From the IMG/VR virus record IMGVR_UViG_3300010167_000010, positions 1-64,000 of that record: a DNA stretch of 64,000 nt; one strand, 5' to 3'. The translations under genes and the position numbers were made by a program. Below the pieces are notes generated by a model. The model saw only the letters and a list, made by a program, of their open reading frames with translations. It searched no databases and was not told the DNA's origin. Each line of letters opens with the position of its first letter. Within the stretch, counting starts at the first letter, position 1. Shown piece by piece: positions 20,293-29,443 of the stretch. This DNA is from a virus. Lineage: Duplodnaviria; Caudoviricetes.

Positions 20293-20913
20293 ATGAAAGA
20301 TTTTAATCAAATATATGAAACTAATAAAAATAAATTTGTTCGTTATGGTCGATTAGATATTTGGAATAAACATAAAAATCACGTAAAAAATAAAAAGAAA
20401 AGTTTCAATGATGAAGATGATACAGAAGTATGTTTTCACACACCACCAATTTCAAGAGGCTTTTATGCAATGCCTTATGGGTATGAAGAACCATTTTTAA
20501 TAGGTGCACTTAATACCACACAACCAGATATGTTTCCAGATAATTTTGATGACAGCGATAACCCATATAATACTTTTAAACAAGAATGGAGAACACTTCC
20601 TTATGATGAAAGAAAAGTGGAAGAAGAAAAATGGGAAAAGAAATGTAGAGATTTTGATAAGCGATTAGTTAAATGGCGAAAAGAATCTTATTCTAAAAAT
20701 CGTAAAATATTTACAATGAAAGATTCGGATTTAATTTGGCACCATCTCGAAGATAAAACTCCATTAAATGAAATCGAAAGAAGATCTGGCGCGTGGGTAC
20801 AAACTACAGTCAAAACCTTCTTCAAAGCGCTAAAAAGATCACTTAGAAATAATGAAGGTCTTAGTTATTCACGAGATCACTTAGAAGTTTTTATATCTCC
20901 ATTTGAACATTAA
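20293..20913 (+). CDS. late protein with capsid-targeting-like N-terminus (MKDFNQIYE)
   Basis: ACTAAATA 10 nt upstream; N-terminal motif shared with the ORF starting at 55812. Confidence 0.55.
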   Translation: MKDFNQIYETNKNKFVRYGRLDIWNKHKNHVKNKKKSFNDEDDTEVCFHTPPISRGFYAMPYGYEEPFLIGALNTTQPDMFPDNFDDSDNPYNTFKQEWRTLPYDERKVEEEKWEKKCRDFDKRLVKWRKESYSKNRKIFTMKDSDLIWHHLEDKTPLNEIERRSGAWVQTTVKTFFKALKRSLRNNEGLSYSRDHLEVFISPFEH

Positions 20914-20922
20914 ATTTATATA

Positions 20923-20933
20923 TCTTATATAAT
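20923..20933 (+). promoter_or_regulatory. putative early promoter, TCTTATATAAT class (also 2147, 19877, 37671, 57187, 58989)
   Basis: exact 11-mer recurring upstream of small-gene clusters; contains the sigma70 -10 TATAAT. Confidence 0.65.
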
Positions 20934-20951
20934 ATTTGTAAGGGAGATACA

Positions 20952-21727
20952 ATGAAAACAAAGGTTATTAAAATGGTTTCAAGTAAAACAAGAGACAAAT
21001 TGTTAGATCTTGAACAAAAATATAATTGTATAATAGTTTGTGGCCTAACTTATAGGTCAGGAAAAAATATAAATTACACAGCTTGTTTTGCTGACGGTCG
21101 TACTTTTGGTACTCTTACTGTAGCTGATATGATATATTTTATCGGTAAATTTTACCGGAAAGAAATCTAAGGAGAATCGTATGAGCATGTATTTTGCTGA
21201 AGATCGCGAGCTCGATACATTTGGGCAATATAGATATGCAGCTGATGAAATCGGTCCGGCGAGACCAACACCAACTGCTGAACTTCCGGTACCAACTGAT
21301 ATTATCAACGAATATGCTGGGCAAATAAAAGCTCGTGGAGAAAAGTCTGGAATCCTTCGAAATATTGCAACTAATGAGACTGTTCAAATTAAAATTGAAG
21401 AACATGGTGGGTGGACAATCGTGAAGCCCAAGAAAGATTGGATATTGGAGTAATAAAATGAATCAGTATTCTGAACTAAAGAAAATAAATGAAGATAAAA
21501 CAGAGCCGTATCAGCTTAATGTAAAACCTACGGCAGCAAACTTAAACGATGCAATTAAAGATTTAGAGTGTGAAGCAGTTATAATGTATTCGCGAGTATC
21601 ACCTACAATTGGTTTTTGTGAAAAGATGCATGCTAATGGTTTTGCTCTCGATTATAGTAAAGAAAATAATGATCCAAACGCAACAGATCATGAAAAATTT
21701 ATAACTAGATTTGTTCGCGAAAATTGA
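20952..21727 (+). CDS. three small early hypothetical ORFs (20952-21170, 21181-21453, 21458-21727)
   Basis: strong GGAG RBSs downstream of the early-type promoter. Confidence 0.6.
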
Positions 21728-22006
21728 TATGCCGGTTAACGACCGGAAAATGAGCAGAGGGGCTGGGAGCAGTTACCCGAGCCAATCAGAATGGTGGATA
21801 GAAAGGACCACCCATTTACAAGATGAAGTCAGTAGCTGAGCGGATCGTTGCCGTAAGCCAGTCACTTCCAGTAGATAGTAAGTAGGAACGAAAATGGTTT
21901 ATACGACCGGCCCGCCTTGGCGGTAAAATTAGAGAATATATGTTATTAATGTTAGAGGCTGGCATCAAGGAGTTGCTCTGCCAGCCAATAATTCAGGAGG
22001 ATAATT

Positions 22007-22201
22007 ATGGACCATTTGAAATTTTGCCCATGTTGCGGTAATACTGAACTTGAAGTTTATATGTGTGTTAGTTGTCCAAAGTGTTTGATGCAGGGCCCAA
22101 AGTCGACTGATCGTGTGCAAGATTTTGAACACATTGATCGTGAATGGGCAATTAAACAGTGGAATAATCTTCCACGTGATAATCGTAAGTGTTGGAAATA
22201 A
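22007..22201 (+). CDS. Lar-family restriction alleviation-like Zn-finger protein
   Basis: LKFCPCCG...V.C..C..QGP...AIKQWN. Confidence 0.65.
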   Translation: MDHLKFCPCCGNTELEVYMCVSCPKCLMQGPKSTDRVQDFEHIDREWAIKQWNNLPRDNRKCWK

Positions 22202-22372
22202 GGGAGAAAATATGTTGGAAAATCCTGGACCATTTTTAAGTTGGTTATGGACAGAAGCTTCATGGATAAATTTATCTTATGGAGATATCTTAGTATTAGG
22301 AAGTTTATTTGGCTTTGCCGTTATTATAGAAATTATTTCCCATCTTAGGGGAAAAGGGAGCTTGTTTTTCTA

Positions 22373-22759
22373 ATGATTAGAAACATTGTTATCACCTGTA
22401 AAATAATCCAAAAAGAATTGGGATTAAATGATACCGCCTATCGTAAAATTTTGAATGAAGTTGCAGGAGTAAATTCTTCAAAGGATTTAGATAACGAAAT
22501 GGGACTAAGAGTAATCAAAGTTCTAGAAGATATGAAACCTAAAAAAGTTGAAATTAAAAAGCAAATAATTGATGCAAGTAAATTATATAGATCAACTTTA
22601 GCAAAAAAAGTAGATCCTTGGAAATATGATTATAATTTGTCTGAAGAAAAATGGGCAAATATTGGAACTCTTATTGAACAATATTCAAAACAAGGAATTA
22701 TATTAGTAGCAGTTTGGCCTGCTTATGGTGAAAAACACATTAAATGGAGAAAAAGATGA
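22373..22759 (+). CDS. Mu GemA/DUF1018-like N-terminal domain protein
   Basis: QKELGLNDTAYRKILNEVAGVNSSKDL. Confidence 0.6.
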   Translation: MIRNIVITCKIIQKELGLNDTAYRKILNEVAGVNSSKDLDNEMGLRVIKVLEDMKPKKVEIKKQIIDASKLYRSTLAKKVDPWKYDYNLSEEKWANIGTLIEQYSKQGIILVAVWPAYGEKHIKWRKR

Positions 22760-22959
22760 CAAAGAAAGCATTACGCAAGTATCAACGTGACTATTATAGG
22801 GAAAAGCGTAGAAATGATGGTGGAGAATATGCTGCATATATGGCAGAATATATGAGAAATTATCGAGCATCAAATCCTGATTATGTTAAACATGAAAGAG
22901 AATATAATAAAATATATGCTCGAAGAAAAAGACTTGAAAAAATAAGAGAAGGAAGATAA
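22744..22959 (+). CDS. small basic Y/R-rich protein
   Basis: YMAEYMRNYR-type repeats. Confidence 0.55.
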   Translation: MEKKMTKKALRKYQRDYYREKRRNDGGEYAAYMAEYMRNYRASNPDYVKHEREYNKIYARRKRLEKIREGR

Positions 22960-22961
22960 TA

Positions 22962-23342
22962 GTGATTTGGTTTTTAATTGTTGGTGGAATAACAGTTGTT
23001 GGATTCGTTTTATGGATTTTAGATCAATATTTTATGTGGTCTGGTGATGTCCTTTCGGTTATTGGTGTAATTTTTGGATTTGTTGGTGCAATTATTTTAA
23101 TATTTATGTTAAGTTTTGGAATTTATAATTGGGGCGGTGCTTTTGAAAGAGATTTTAATTTTAAGTATCAAGCTGCTGAGGCAATTTTAAAATCTGATAA
23201 CGATATTGCTAAAGCTGGAAATATGACTTCAATTCAAGATATAAATAAAATAATTTTAGGAAATAGAGCTTTTGTTGGTCATTCTTGGAGAGGGTTGTGG
23301 GCAAATGAAGGAATTGCTAGTTTAGAATTATTAGTTCCTTAA
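22962..23342 (+). CDS. membrane protein (2 TM)
   Basis: two hydrophobic helices. Confidence 0.6.
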   Translation: MIWFLIVGGITVVGFVLWILDQYFMWSGDVLSVIGVIFGFVGAIILIFMLSFGIYNWGGAFERDFNFKYQAAEAILKSDNDIAKAGNMTSIQDINKIILGNRAFVGHSWRGLWANEGIASLELLVP

Positions 23343-23375
23343 TGAGACTAATTATTAAGGAGTTAATATATAATT

Positions 23376-23552
23376 ATGGAAAAATTTTTAGTAGATTTAA
23401 CTATTACTGTTGAAGTAGAAGCAAATGATCATTGTCATGCAGAGGTTGTTGCTTTAGAAAAAATGAATATGCCAGGTATGGACGTAGTAAATGTTCGTTC
23501 ACTAGAAGAAGAATGTTCAGCTCAGGGAGAACTTTTTAATCAGTCCAACTAA
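23376..23552 (+). CDS. small protein with near-terminal QGELF motif (not in ORF track)
   Basis: MEKFLVDL...SAQGELFNQSN*; GTTAAT 14 nt upstream. Confidence 0.55.
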   Translation: MEKFLVDLTITVEVEANDHCHAEVVALEKMNMPGMDVVNVRSLEEECSAQGELFNQSN

Positions 23553-23726
23553 ACAATGGGTGCCTAATCAATTTAGACATCTTGATAGACAATGGGTTCA
23601 GTCATATCAATTACAAATTGAAACGAAAAGAGATTCAGATAGATCTTGGAAACCTAATAAAGAAAAATGTCCGCCGATAGGAGGAACTCACGCTATTCCA
23701 ATTGAAAGTAGTGAGAATACAAACTT

Positions 23727-24221
23727 ATGAAAGCAAAGTGTAAAGATTCAACTATTGAAATGTCTAATGAAGAATTTCAAGAAAAATTAGATAATTTAAT
23801 TACCAAAGAATTAATGAATCTTTTAGGTTCTTACTATCAAGGTAGTGAATATTTACAACCTATGGCAAAACAAGTTGTAGAAAATGCATCACATCTTGTT
23901 TTATTTCCAGTTCAAAGTGATTTAAAATATTTACAATTATCTGGTTGGTTTAAATGTGATGCTGAAAATTGTGATTGGAAAGGCTTGAATGGTATTTCTA
24001 GAGAAAATTATTTTTTAATTAGAAATTTACCCTGTCCAAAATGTGGAGCCAATATTTTCACAGATGCAGATTATAGTGGAATGGCATCAATAAATTGGGT
24101 AATGGGTTGGCCAATTATTAGATTTTTTAATTGGATTGGAAAACTTTTTAATATAAAAACTTCAAAGTTTTTAGTTAAAATGGACGGAACTGGGAAAGTA
24201 AATTTAGAAAAAATAGGTTAA
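23727..24221 (+). CDS. hypothetical Zn-finger protein
   Basis: KCDAENCDW...CPKCGANI. Confidence 0.6.
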   Translation: MKAKCKDSTIEMSNEEFQEKLDNLITKELMNLLGSYYQGSEYLQPMAKQVVENASHLVLFPVQSDLKYLQLSGWFKCDAENCDWKGLNGISRENYFLIRNLPCPKCGANIFTDADYSGMASINWVMGWPIIRFFNWIGKLFNIKTSKFLVKMDGTGKVNLEKIG

Positions 24222-24251
24222 TATAATAAAAATAATTATTGAGGAGAAAAA

Positions 24252-24632
24252 ATGAAAGTTGGAGCAATTGTTACATTATGCTCGTTTTTGTTTGTCGGAC
24301 TAATATGTCTGTCAATGTGGGGATGTCCAACGTATAGCGTTTGGAGTCAAGAAATGAAAGGTCGTGCAGAATTAGCACGAGCTGAACAAAACAAACAAAT
24401 TATGTTTATTGAAGCGCAAGCAATGCTTGAAGCAGAAAGATTTAATGCACAATCAGAAATTGTTAGAGCTGAGGGTATGGCTCAAGCTATGGAGATTGAA
24501 AATGGACAATTAACAGATATTTATATTCGATATTTATTTGTTAGAGCATTAGAAAATCTTCCAGAAGGTACGCAAGTTATTTATTTACCTGCAGCTGATT
24601 TTATGCCAATAAATGAGGCAGGAAGACGATAA
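24252..24632 (+). CDS. membrane-anchored band-7/SPFH-like protein
   Basis: TM followed by P.YSVWSQEMKGRAELARAE...AEG.A.A...YIRYL...VIYLP. Confidence 0.6.
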   Translation: MKVGAIVTLCSFLFVGLICLSMWGCPTYSVWSQEMKGRAELARAEQNKQIMFIEAQAMLEAERFNAQSEIVRAEGMAQAMEIENGQLTDIYIRYLFVRALENLPEGTQVIYLPAADFMPINEAGRR

Positions 24633-24652
24633 AGGAATTATAACTAAATAAT

Positions 24653-24727
24653 ATGAATATAAAAACCATTTCCAAACATAATTGTCTCTTTACAGCCATT
24701 TATAGTGATTGGAGGTGTCGGCCTTAA
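24653..24727 (+). CDS. 24-aa leader peptide MNIKTISKHNCLFTAIYSDWRCRP of a putative attenuator
   Basis: ACTAAATA 10 nt upstream; its 3' end can pair with the terminator 5' arm. Confidence 0.7.
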   Translation: MNIKTISKHNCLFTAIYSDWRCRP

Positions 24728-24786
24728 TTAACTTATAGAAATATAAGGAGGTGTATTAAGGCCGCAGAGAAATCTGCGGCTTTTTT
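24716..24786 (+). terminator. attenuator: antiterminator CGGCCTTAAT/ATTAAGGCCG overlapping terminator GCCGCAGA-GAAA-TCTGCGGC-T6
   Basis: mutually exclusive hairpins read directly from the sequence. Confidence 0.75.
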
Positions 24787-25079
24787 ATTGAACGATATTT
24801 TTTATATTCTTATATTCATTTTAGGAGGAAAAATAAATTGGGAACGTGCATAGAGTAAATGAGTATATGATATTTTTAATAATATCGTTTTATTATGATT
24901 GTGATTTAGAAGATGTAATTAACGACCGTATAGAAAAAGGTCGATATAAATATTATTGTTATTTATATTAAAATTGTTATTTGAAATGCGATGGTAAAAG
25001 TGGAATGCAATTACCAGATAGGGAAGGAAATATATTAAGTTACGTGTAGTTTGCTGTCTACTAATAAAACAGCAACTTT

Positions 25080-25152
25080 GCCGAATTAGCTCATTTAGCA
25101 GAGCCACCGCCTTGTAAGCGGAAGGTGACGGGTGCAATTCCTGTATTCGGCT
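25080..25152 (+). tRNA. tRNA-Thr(UGU)
   Basis: GCCGAAT/ATTCGGC acceptor; loop CT-TGT-AA. Confidence 0.85.
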
Positions 25153-25156
25153 TCAT

Positions 25157-25229
25157 ACACGATTGTTGTAGTGGTGCTGCAAACTTGTCTGATAAACAAG
25201 AAGTCTTAGTTCGATTCTAAGATCGTGTA
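25157..25229 (+). tRNA. tRNA-Ile(GAU)
   Basis: CTTGT-CTGATAA-ACAAG; TTCGA T-loop. Confidence 0.88.
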
Positions 25230-25336
25230 TCCAGGAACTTGGGGAATTCACGTCGGAGGACGGCCAAAGGTCCACAGGTTAAGTTCTATAGCGAAAGCGA
25301 ATGTTATATGCCCAGGACACTTATTTTGAAGGAGAA

Positions 25337-25600
25337 AATATGCTAAAGAAAATTAGAAAAATTGGAAGTAAAATATGGGATGGGTTTGGTTGGATATCAG
25401 ATAAACTTTCACCATTGTTAGCGTTGATATTTGCATTGCTATTTGCAATTTATTTATTCGCAACGATAATGGATTTTAGTATTTCAAATTTATTTCACTG
25501 TGTTTTAGGTGCATTATTTTTTAATACATTTGCGAGGATATCAATTAAATCGGTGATCATTGAAAGAGAAAAAGAGAAAAGAGATTTAGATAATAGTTAA
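25337..25600 (+). CDS. membrane protein
   Basis: AAGGAG RBS before MLKKIRK; two TM segments. Confidence 0.55.
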   Translation, partial: NMLKKIRKIGSKIWDGFGWISDKLSPLLALIFALLFAIYLFATIMDFSISNLFHCVLGALFFNTFARISIKSVIIEREKEKRDLDNS

Positions 25601-25616
25601 TTTATAAATTATAAAT

Positions 25617-25702
25617 GCGTCGTTATCCCGTAAGTAGTAGCGGTGCTGGCTGTAAACCAGTTGGCCGAAAGGCCTCGGGTGGTGCAACTCCATCACGGCG
25701 CA
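25617..25702 (+). tRNA. tRNA-Tyr(GUA)
   Basis: GCTGG-CTGTAAA-CCAGT; long variable arm. Confidence 0.9.
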
Positions 25703-25704
25703 AT

Positions 25705-26076
25705 ATGGAAAAAGATATTCTTTTTGAAAATGAAGATATCCAAGTTTACAAAGAAAAAAGAAGTGAGGATGTTGGATTAATGTTTGGAACTATTATTCCA
25801 ATTTATTCTCGTGAAGTTACAAAAAGAACTTTATTCCAGAAAATAAAAGATTGGTTTAAATGGTATTGGGATAGATTAATTTATTATCCATTCTTTTATG
25901 AAGAAATGGAATTTCCAATGTGGCATGTTTATAAAATAACAGATACTAACGGAATAGAACAAATGGTTCAATTATTAAGAATGCAAAAATTTGGTGAACC
26001 AATTCCACCAGATGCGGTGGATGAATATTTTAGAGATATGGAGATTCCAGGATGTATTATAAATCCTGAAAAATAA
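25705..26076 (+). CDS. hypothetical protein (start revised to follow tRNA-Tyr)
   Basis: MEKDILF... starts just after the tRNA. Confidence 0.55.
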   Translation: MEKDILFENEDIQVYKEKRSEDVGLMFGTIIPIYSREVTKRTLFQKIKDWFKWYWDRLIYYPFFYEEMEFPMWHVYKITDTNGIEQMVQLLRMQKFGEPIPPDAVDEYFRDMEIPGCIINPEK

Positions 26077-26255
26077 AAAATGGAAAAATCAGAATTTTTT
26101 GAATTGATACGTGAGGGTTCATATAAAGGATTTTATAAAATAATTATAGATAAAGGTCCACCTTATTGGGGCCCAATCGTTAATCGCGAACAAGCAGAGG
26201 AAATGTGGTCCCGCTTCAAAAATAGCGGACAAACTTTTGAGGAATTCGTTAAGGA

Positions 26256-26759
26256 ATGGTTATGAAATATCTAGGTCCAGAAAATCAAAGACCATGGAGT
26301 AAATTGGGAAGGGAAATCAAAAAGCTATTTGATCCAAAACTTCCACTTCAAATTCATTGTGTAGCTAGAACAATGAGAGGAAAAAACGCAATTGGTTCAA
26401 CGAGATTTCCAAGATATTGGATAACTTTGGGCAAAGAGATCATTTTCGATTATCCTGGACAATTTATGGAAATGATAGATCATGAAGCAAAGTCATGGTG
26501 TAGAAGTTCAGAAAATGATGGTTTTTGCCGAATTAAAGATTGTTATCCTTACGAAGAGCACGATGTTTCAGAGATATCTAATCTAATTAGAGAATACATT
26601 GATAGAGAAAAAGATAAATTATTCGAACCATTTGAAAATGACAGATGGGGTTTAATAGATTATTTAAGAGCTTCTGACAGGAGGATTGGAAAAAGAAGAT
26701 TAGAAAAAATACAAACAGAAAATGAATATGTAAAAAAAATTATTAAAATGAGGGGCTGA
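26256..26759 (+). CDS. conserved hypothetical protein (SF0329-like)
   Basis: WSKL...RYWITLGKEIIFDYP...DRRIGKRRL. Confidence 0.55.
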   Translation: MVMKYLGPENQRPWSKLGREIKKLFDPKLPLQIHCVARTMRGKNAIGSTRFPRYWITLGKEIIFDYPGQFMEMIDHEAKSWCRSSENDGFCRIKDCYPYEEHDVSEISNLIREYIDREKDKLFEPFENDRWGLIDYLRASDRRIGKRRLEKIQTENEYVKKIIKMRG

Positions 26760-27130
26760 AAATAGTTTCGATTTTTATGTTCAGCGTATTTGATTTTAGG
26801 ATAGTCGGCGAGACGATAAACAGCAAATAATTAATCGGCGAAACATACGATTATAGTTATGACAGACCTGTTAGAAATAACAGAGCTGCATTCGCGAGAG
26901 CGGCATAACCGATCCTGTTAGAAATGATAGTATCTAATAAGGGTTGACACCATGCTATCAAAGGCGAAAACTTTTTACTGATGGGTTTAGCATTAAAATT
27001 AAGATCAGTTGCAACTGGAGATACGAATTGCTTGTTGTTGATATCTCGGTTAGTTCGTAGAAACAAGATATTCCTATAGAGAATTAAGTATTGCAGTAAA
27101 AAGACGGCGGGGCAGAGCCGCCCAGCTCCA
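26752..27130 (+). ncRNA. ssrA: tmRNA; tag (A)GETYDYSYDRPVRNNRAAFARAA* at 26837-26908
   Basis: 5' GGGGCTG..TTCGA and 3' T-arm + CAGCTCC-A with G3:U70; internal tag ORF ending AA*. Confidence 0.92.
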
Positions 27131-27139
27131 CTTATACAA

Positions 27140-27211
27140 GCTCGGATAGCTTAGGTAGTAAAGCAATCGACTGAAAATCGATTTTCCCGGATGCGAGCGC
27201 CGGTTCGAGCA
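27140..27211 (+). tRNA. tRNA-Phe(GAA)
   Basis: ATCGA-CTGAAAA-TCGAT; atypical T arm. Confidence 0.8.
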
Positions 27212-27395
27212 AAACGCAAGCTTGCGGTTAGGAGATTAAAATGGATTTTAAATTAGAACTTACTTATGGTGAAGCATGCTCATTAAGAGATCTTTTATCT
27301 ACATTTCCTGATTGGGAAGATGTTGTAAAACAACTCAATAAATATATCGAATGGTATGAAAACGAATATCCAAAAAGGTATGGAGTAAGTTAAAT

Positions 27396-27653
27396 ATGTC
27401 AGAGTTAAAAACTCAAGAAAAATTAAAAAGTTGCTTCGAATGTAGATATAATATAATGAATGAAATACACCCAAGAGATTGGGCTTATACTGAAGAAACT
27501 GGATATTGTTTTTTTAAGAAATTAAAAACTAAAAGAGAAAATTATTGTGATGATCACATTAAAATTGGAATTGGAAAATTAATCAATATAAAAGTTTTTA
27601 ATGATGATAAACAAATGATAAAAGAAGCAATACAATATCTTCAGAGTTTATAA
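27396..27653 (+). CDS. hypothetical Cys-containing protein
   Basis: CFEC..GYC..YCD. Confidence 0.55.
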   Translation: MSELKTQEKLKSCFECRYNIMNEIHPRDWAYTEETGYCFFKKLKTKRENYCDDHIKIGIGKLINIKVFNDDKQMIKEAIQYLQSL

Positions 27654-27658
27654 AAATT

Positions 27659-27742
27659 GGAGAGGTAGTCAAGCGGCTTTGGCGGGACTCTTGAAAAGTC
27701 TTGTACCGAAAGGTATCGTGAGTTCGAGTCTCACTCTCTCCG
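27659..27742 (+). tRNA. tRNA-Ser(UGA)
   Basis: GGACT-CTTGAAA-AGTCT; long V arm; G73. Confidence 0.9.
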
Positions 27743-27746
27743 TAAA

Positions 27747-27860
27747 GATGACTGTAGCTCAGTGGTAGAGCACTTAAACCGGATCGTGTATATGGTCTTC
27801 ACCGCAATTCTAAACGCAATTTTAATGCAGTGGTCGGACGTTCAAATCGTTCCAGTCATC
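27747..27860 (+). ncRNA. tRNA-like RNA whose anticodon arm is replaced by a ~55-nt insert carrying the ACxGCAA motif
   Basis: acceptor GATGACTG/CAGTCATC, D arm GCTC/GAGC, T arm GGACG-TTCAAAT-CGTTC; no anticodon loop. Confidence 0.75.
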
Positions 27861-27900
27861 TAATGGTTATACTTAATGGGGTCGCACCTCATTAAATGAA

Positions 27901-27961
27901 TGTCGTGATGGGGATAGGTTTCCTCTGGCGCCACGATTGGGTTCGAGTCCCAAACACGATA
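27901..27961 (+). ncRNA. anticodon-less mini tRNA-like RNA
   Basis: TGTCGTG/CACGATA stem plus TTGGG-TTCGAGT-CCCAA T arm. Confidence 0.55.
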
Positions 27962-28097
27962 TAAAATTGAGTTGAAAGAACCAGGTTGCTACTGGAAGTT
28001 TAATTAACTTCCTTGAAAATTGCCTCACTGTCTTTTGGGAGTGCGCACTCCTTAATCCGTGCGGATCAGGTTAAAGTCGGCGGAGGAAAACTCAAAT

Positions 28098-28181
28098 GGG
28101 CGGTTGCCAGAATGGGATTGGAGCGGGCTTTTAACCCGTTGGAAAATTCTTCCAAAGAGTGTTCGATTCACTCATCGCTCA
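28098..28181 (+). tRNA. tRNA-Lys(UUU) with long variable arm
   Basis: GCGGG-CTTTTAA-CCCGT; V arm TGGAA/TTCCA. Confidence 0.82.
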
Positions 28182-28188
28182 AGTTTTA

Positions 28189-28262
28189 GGGCACATAACT
28201 CAGATGGTACGAGTCCCTGACTTTTAATCAGGTTGTCGGTGGTTCAAATCCACCTGTGCTCA
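28189..28262 (+). tRNA. tRNA-Lys(UUU)
   Basis: CCTGA-CTTTTAA-TCAGG, canonical. Confidence 0.92.
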
Positions 28263-28283
28263 TAGTAATACTAAATTTTATAT

Positions 28284-29441
28284 ATGCACAATTTTTTTAA
28301 TAATACTAAGAATAAAATTACTCTTATAATTTTATTGATGACAACAATCGCTTATGCTTCTTTATACTTTGTAGTTTATTTTACTGTAAAAGATGCATTA
28401 GATAGTAAAATGATTAATAATGTAACTTCAATTGCTGCATCTATATCAAAAACTATTGAAAATGATTTAGATAGATATTTATATTTTATAGAAACTAAAG
28501 ATATTTATTCAGATTATTATTTAGAAATGAATAGACATTTTGCACACCTAAAAGAAATTGGTTCATTAGCATATATTTATACAGTACGATTAGTTTGTGA
28601 TAACTATCTAGAATTTTTATTAGATGGTGAATTAAAATTTTCTGAATATTGGTCTGCACCGGGTGAATTAGAAGAAATTGATATAGGTGGAATAATTGCT
28701 TATTCAGAAAATAGGGTAGTTGGATTAAGAGATAAATCTGAATGGGGAGATTTAATAGTTGGGTATGCACCCATTCGTAATAAAGACGGAGAAATAATAA
28801 GTTTAGTTGGTGTTGATATTAGTGGTGATTTATTAAGTTCTTATTTGAATAAAATACAAATAATTTTAATTTTTCTTTATGCTATTTTATTAATTGTAGT
28901 TTGGATATTTGCAAAACAATATTCTAGTTCTATAGTTAAATCTATGTCAAAAGATAAACTTACTGGCGCTTATATAAAAAGATATTATGAATCAATATTA
29001 AAATATTGTGTTAAAAAAATGAATAGGAAAGATGATAAATTATTTGTAATGATTTTAGATTTAGATCGTTTTAAAAATATAAATGATAATTATGGTCATC
29101 CTTTCGGCGACAAAGTTTTAACAGAAGTTTCTAAAACAATTATGGGAATTTTAAGAAATAGAGATTATTTAATTAGATATGGTGGAGAAGAATTCGTAGC
29201 AATAATTCAATGCGATAAAGATATGAGAATTGAAGATGTAGCGAACAGAATTAGAATAGCTGTATCTGAGACTAAAATTTATAATGAAGAGCATAATAAA
29301 GATATTAGTTTAACTATTAGTATTGGCATAAGTGTTTATTTTCCAAAAGGAAAATCTTCAGATATGATACATCAGGCTGATAAAGCTTTATATGAAGCTA
29401 AAAAAGAAAGAAATAAAGTACATAGATTTATAAAAGGATAA
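28284..29441 (+). CDS. membrane-bound diguanylate cyclase (GGDEF domain)
   Basis: 2 TM around a periplasmic sensor; DKLTG, DLDRFKNIND.YGH..GD, RxxD I-site, RYGGEEF, ADKALYEAK. Confidence 0.93.
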   Translation: MHNFFNNTKNKITLIILLMTTIAYASLYFVVYFTVKDALDSKMINNVTSIAASISKTIENDLDRYLYFIETKDIYSDYYLEMNRHFAHLKEIGSLAYIYTVRLVCDNYLEFLLDGELKFSEYWSAPGELEEIDIGGIIAYSENRVVGLRDKSEWGDLIVGYAPIRNKDGEIISLVGVDISGDLLSSYLNKIQIILIFLYAILLIVVWIFAKQYSSSIVKSMSKDKLTGAYIKRYYESILKYCVKKMNRKDDKLFVMILDLDRFKNINDNYGHPFGDKVLTEVSKTIMGILRNRDYLIRYGGEEFVAIIQCDKDMRIEDVANRIRIAVSETKIYNEEHNKDISLTISIGISVYFPKGKSSDMIHQADKALYEAKKERNKVHRFIKG

Positions 29442-29443
29442 TT

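Noticed and set aside
21731-21765. Twister ribozyme-like GCCGG..CCGG..GCAGAGGG
   Set aside because: The 5' half and pseudoknot partners were not found.
25234-25313. HDV-like (theta) ribozyme after tRNA-Ile
   Set aside because: A P1-like pair GGAACTT/AAGTTCT and GCGAATG are present, but I could not build P2, P3/L3 and P1.1.
27772-27832. tRNA intron (group I or archaeal BHB)
   Set aside because: Far too short for group I, no clear bulge-helix-bulge, and no obvious way to restore a normal anticodon arm.
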